NCBI GenBank assembly: GCA_964565125.1
Contig: CAZMCX010000031.1
Span: forward strand, 1-8,141
Direction of reading: 5' to 3'
Origin: an uncultured archaeon
GTDB taxonomy: Archaea > Iainarchaeota > Iainarchaeia > Iainarchaeales > 0-14-0-20-30-16
Length of the DNA: 8,141 nucleotides
Shown: positions 5,455-8,141 of the stretch, in pieces
Layout of the letters: each line of letters opens with the position of its first letter
Position numbering within the stretch: the first letter of the stretch is position 1
Notes under the pieces: model-generated
Told to the model about the DNA's origin: nothing
Databases searched by the model: none
The model's input: the letters and a program-made list of their open reading frames with translations, nothing else
Position numbers and translations under genes: made by a program

Positions 5455-6440
5455 TTAATTCTCACCATCTTTTCTGTATAGATTTTTTTAACAATTTCTT
5501 TTAATTGCGGTTCTTCTATTTTTATATCAATTATATCAAAACAGTCTACAACTTGGGAAATTGTATGCTTTAATTTATCATTTGGACATTTAAACTGCAG
5601 ATAATCTTTTCTTTTTTCAAAAACAGGAAATCTATGTATAAATGGTTTTATTTTTTCCTTGTATAAAACACTAATTCTTTTCCAATTTGCATATGCTTGT
5701 TTTACTTTCTTTATTGGACCATCATAAACTTTCTTACCATCATCAATAATTATTACTCTATTACACAATTCTTCTATATCATCCATATTATGTGTTGTCA
5801 AAATAATTGTTGTCTTATATTTTGCATTAACTGTTTTCAAAAAAAGTATCATCTCTTCTCTTGCAAGCAAATCCAAACCTATTGTTGGCTCGTCCAAGAA
5901 GATTATTTTTGGCTTATGTAATAAAGACGCAATTATTTCAAATTTCATTCTTTCTCCCAAAGATAATTTTCTTACGGGTACATCAAGCAAGTGATCAACT
6001 TTCAGTTTTTTTGCAAATTTTGTGTAAATTTGCACTGCTTTTTTTGCAGGAATATCGTAAATTGCGGCATATAAATCTAATGAATATTTGGGTGCAATAT
6101 CAAAAGTTAATAAACTCCTATTTCCAAAAACAACCCCAATGTCTTTAACATATTTTAGTCTTTCTTCAAAAGGATCCTTTTCTAAACACGTTATTTTTCC
6201 GGAAGTTGGGGGATAAATACCTACAAGCATTTTTATTGTAGTTGACTTTCCAGAGCCATTTTCGCCAATATATCCTACAAGTTCCCCCCGTTTTATAGAA
6301 AAAGACAAATCTTGTATTGCTTTTTTATCTTTTTTCTTTCTCCAGAAAACATTCTTAAGTTTGGGAAGAAATCCATCTACTTTATCTGGGATCCAGAAAG
6401 TTTTATTTACATGTTCTATAAGAATCTGATATTTGGCCAT
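5451..6440 (-). CDS. ABC transporter ATP-binding protein (COG4586-type, uncharacterized ABC-2 exporter ATPase)
   Basis: 329-aa ORF. Walker A is GENGSGKST, the signature is LSLGERMK, Walker B is IIFLDEPTIGLD and the H-loop is TTHNMDD. It has a C-terminal extension of about 90 aa and is the first gene of a three-gene operon with two ABC-2 permeases. The Q-loop position reads GVVFGNRSLL, with N where Q is expected. Confidence 0.92.
   Translation of the reverse strand: MAKYQILIEHVNKTFWIPDKVDGFLPKLKNVFWRKKKDKKAIQDLSFSIKRGELVGYIGENGSGKSTTIKMLVGIYPPTSGKITCLEKDPFEERLKYVKDIGVVFGNRSLLTFDIAPKYSLDLYAAIYDIPAKKAVQIYTKFAKKLKVDHLLDVPVRKLSLGERMKFEIIASLLHKPKIIFLDEPTIGLDLLAREEMILFLKTVNAKYKTTIILTTHNMDDIEELCNRVIIIDDGKKVYDGPIKKVKQAYANWKRISVLYKEKIKPFIHRFPVFEKRKDYLQFKCPNDKLKHTISQVVDCFDIIDIKIEEPQLKEIVKKIYTEKMVRIK
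5462..5466 (-). promoter_or_regulatory. Shine-Dalgarno-like GGTGA for the first permease
   Basis: The minus strand reads GGTGA, 7 nt upstream of ATG 5454. Confidence 0.5.
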
Positions 6441-6462
6441 AGTTTATATACTAAAAAAAGAG

Positions 6463-6469
6463 TTATAAA
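6463..6469 (-). promoter_or_regulatory. TATA-like box for the ABC transporter operon
   Basis: The minus strand reads tttataa at -29..-23 from ATG 6440. No Shine-Dalgarno is present. Confidence 0.4.
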
Positions 6470-6495
6470 GAGATATGAGAAAATTTATATAGTCC

Positions 6496-6501
6496 AAAAA
6501 A
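6496..6501 (-). terminator. Oligo-T tract after the ABC-F gene
   Basis: A T6 run on the minus strand begins 5 nt after the ABC-F TGA stop (6506-6508). Confidence 0.4.
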
Positions 6502-6505
6502 TTAT

Positions 6506-8023
6506 TCAAATTTTTCTATTAATTAATTCATTTTCTGTTAATTCATAAACTTCTGCACCCAAATTCTTTATAAATTGAATATCGTGAGAAATAAACAATA
6601 TAGTTCCAGGATATGTATTTAACGCAGATTCTAATGTTTCTATTGCATCAATGTCCAAGTTATTAGTCGGCTCATCTAATAGCAAAAAGTTACAGTTATT
6701 TAAAATTAATTTTAATAATTCTAATCTTGTTAGTTCTCCACCAGACAATTCGGACAATTTTTTATATACCTCATTTTTTCTAAATAAGAACTTTCCTAAA
6801 TAATCTCTTAAATCCTGCTCTCTTTGTGTTTTACAAGAATCTTTTAAATAATCCCAAATTGAAATCTCTTTTTTATCGACATTTTGCTTTAGATATCCAA
6901 TAATTACATTCTTCCCAACTTCTATTATTCCGCCCGTAGATTTAAGTTCATTTGTGATTAGCTTGAACAAAGTTGTTTTTCCACAACCGTTATCTCCGAT
7001 TATGCAAGCTTTATCCCCCCGCCTTAATTCCAGATTCAAACTGGAGAATAATGGTTTATAGCCCACATTTTTTAGAGTTAATACTTCATTATAACTTTTT
7101 TCAATATCAAATTCAGATAAGTTAATTTTTTCTGTGTCTTCAAATGGCTTATCTGTTTTCTTTATTTCTTTTCTTATCTTAAGACATTCTATTTCTTTAT
7201 CTATTTTTGAAATTTTGTCTAATGCACCATGATACCCCAAACCCGTGATTTTATGCTTTTCACGTTTTCTAGCTAATTTTGGTTCAATTGTATACATTTT
7301 TTGTTTCTTTTCCTGAATAGTATTTTCTAATCTTTTTTTGTCTTTTTGATAATCTGCATATCTTTCATACTGCTTTTGAGTTTGTTTTTCTTTTTCTTGT
7401 TTATAATAAGCGTAATTCCCTTCGAAAACGCTTAGTTGCTTATTAAAAATCTCAAAAATTCTGTTTGTAACTTTATTTAGAAAATCTCTGTTGTGCGAAA
7501 CAACGATAAAAGCGCCAGAATATTCCTCATTAAGCCATTTAATCATATAATTTATTCCAGTAAGATCAAGATGATTTGTTGGTTCATCAAGAATAAGCAA
7601 TTCTGGTTTTTGTAACATTACTTTCAGAATAAATGCTTTTGTTTTTTCACCCCCACTTAAAGACTCTAAATTTCGTTCAAGTAAACCGGGATCTAATTTT
7701 ATTTTTTCTACTAAAATGTTAAGTTCTTGTCTTTTTGTATTTACTTCGTGGTCAAACCAATCATTTGGATTAGTTATTCCTAAAATAAACTCTAACACAT
7801 TCGATTCAGAATTTATATTTTGCTGAAGATATCCGATTCTTAAGTCTTTGTTTTCTTTTAATTCAAAATTAGAATAAATTTCATTCAAAAGAGTAGTTTT
7901 TCCAGATCCATTCTTGCCACAAAGCCCAATTTTATCATTGCTGTGCACAAGAAAATCTATATTGTCAAATAGAACTTTATCTCCAATTTGCTTTGAGAAG
8001 TTTTTTACCCTTATTAAAAGCAT
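6506..8023 (-). CDS. ABC-F family ATPase (two fused ABC cassettes, no TM domain; translation factor or ribosome-protection type)
   Basis: 505-aa ORF. Cassette 1 has GKNGSGKTTL, LSGGEKTK, LLILDEPTNHLD and VSHNRDF. Cassette 2 has GDNGCGKTTLF, LSGGELTR, LLLDEPTNNLD and ISHDIQF. A charged, helical inter-cassette linker of about 100 aa (KQEKEKQTQKQYERY...KIRKEIKK) resembles the ABC-F P-site tRNA interaction motif. There are no hydrophobic segments. Confidence 0.9.
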   Translation of the reverse strand: MLLIRVKNFSKQIGDKVLFDNIDFLVHSNDKIGLCGKNGSGKTTLLNEIYSNFELKENKDLRIGYLQQNINSESNVLEFILGITNPNDWFDHEVNTKRQELNILVEKIKLDPGLLERNLESLSGGEKTKAFILKVMLQKPELLILDEPTNHLDLTGINYMIKWLNEEYSGAFIVVSHNRDFLNKVTNRIFEIFNKQLSVFEGNYAYYKQEKEKQTQKQYERYADYQKDKKRLENTIQEKKQKMYTIEPKLARKREKHKITGLGYHGALDKISKIDKEIECLKIRKEIKKTDKPFEDTEKINLSEFDIEKSYNEVLTLKNVGYKPLFSSLNLELRRGDKACIIGDNGCGKTTLFKLITNELKSTGGIIEVGKNVIIGYLKQNVDKKEISIWDYLKDSCKTQREQDLRDYLGKFLFRKNEVYKKLSELSGGELTRLELLKLILNNCNFLLLDEPTNNLDIDAIETLESALNTYPGTILFISHDIQFIKNLGAEVYELTENELINRKI

Positions 8024-8043
8024 AATAATATTAGTTATAGAAC

Positions 8044-8053
8044 ATTATATTTT
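8044..8053 (-). promoter_or_regulatory. TATA-like box for the ABC-F gene
   Basis: The minus strand reads aaaatataat at -30..-21 from ATG 8023, preceded by gaaagg. No Shine-Dalgarno is present. Confidence 0.4.
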
Positions 8054-8077
8054 CCTTTCTATTATGCGTCTTTTATA

Positions 8078-8141
8078 TTAGCCAATTAATTTTTTGTATT
8101 TTTCTTGTATTTTTTGATAAATCTGTTCGGCATCCCAACTT
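8078..8141 (-). CDS. Possible 3' end of a hypothetical gene running off the right edge
   Basis: The minus-strand frame reads ..SWDAEQIYQKIQEKYKKLIG then TAA (8080-8078). The composition is protein-like, but a second minus frame is also open here, so support is weak. Confidence 0.25.
   Translation of the reverse strand, partial: SWDAEQIYQKIQEKYKKLIG

Noticed and set aside
5199-6548. Plus-strand ORFs 5199-5405, 5697-5921, 5861-6148 and 6312-6548
   Set aside because: All are antisense to the permease, ABC ATPase or ABC-F genes, which carry unambiguous motifs. They are shadow ORFs.
1-8141. Alternative genetic code (TGA recoding, as in some candidate-phyla bacteria), CRISPR arrays, tRNA/rRNA genes, IS elements or integrases
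   Set aside because: TGA terminates four well-delimited genes at family-appropriate lengths: the methyltransferase, the ABC ATPase, one permease and ABC-F. I saw no spaced direct repeats, cloverleaf-compatible GC-rich segments or transposase/integrase-like ORFs on either strand.

Overview
Very AT-rich, gene-dense window (roughly three quarters A+T by eye) using the standard genetic code: TGA, TAA and TAG all act as stops. I support eight CDSs and two short edge fragments. On the minus strand: a partial ORF (1-120), an archaeal-type AAA+ ATPase with a DUF234-like tail (218-1453), and a Bud23/WBSCR22-like SAM methyltransferase (1502-2104). On the plus strand: an overlapping AbiEi/AbiEii-like type IV toxin-antitoxin pair (2307-3687). 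On the minus strand again: two paralogous ABC-2 permeases and their ATPase (3898-6440), an ABC-F twin-cassette ATPase (6506-8023), and a possible 3' gene end (8078-8141). First genes carry an A/T box centred about 26 nt upstream of the ATG with no Shine-Dalgarno, while internal operon genes have GGTGA/GGTGG. Together with the Bud23-like and archaeal-ATPase genes, this suggests a small-genome, DPANN-like archaeon, but that is inference. I saw no rRNA, tRNA, CRISPR array, transposase or integrase. The most unusual signal is that the ATPase gene is bracketed by a direct repeat that duplicates the last codons and stop of the methyltransferase, which looks like a single-gene cassette insertion. Other leads are the AbiE module in an apparently archaeal context, a possible A5 frameshift at the toxin 3' end, an ABC-F protein where none is expected, and a degenerate nuclease-like motif in the ATPase tail. 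All family calls come from motif recognition by eye; no database search was possible.
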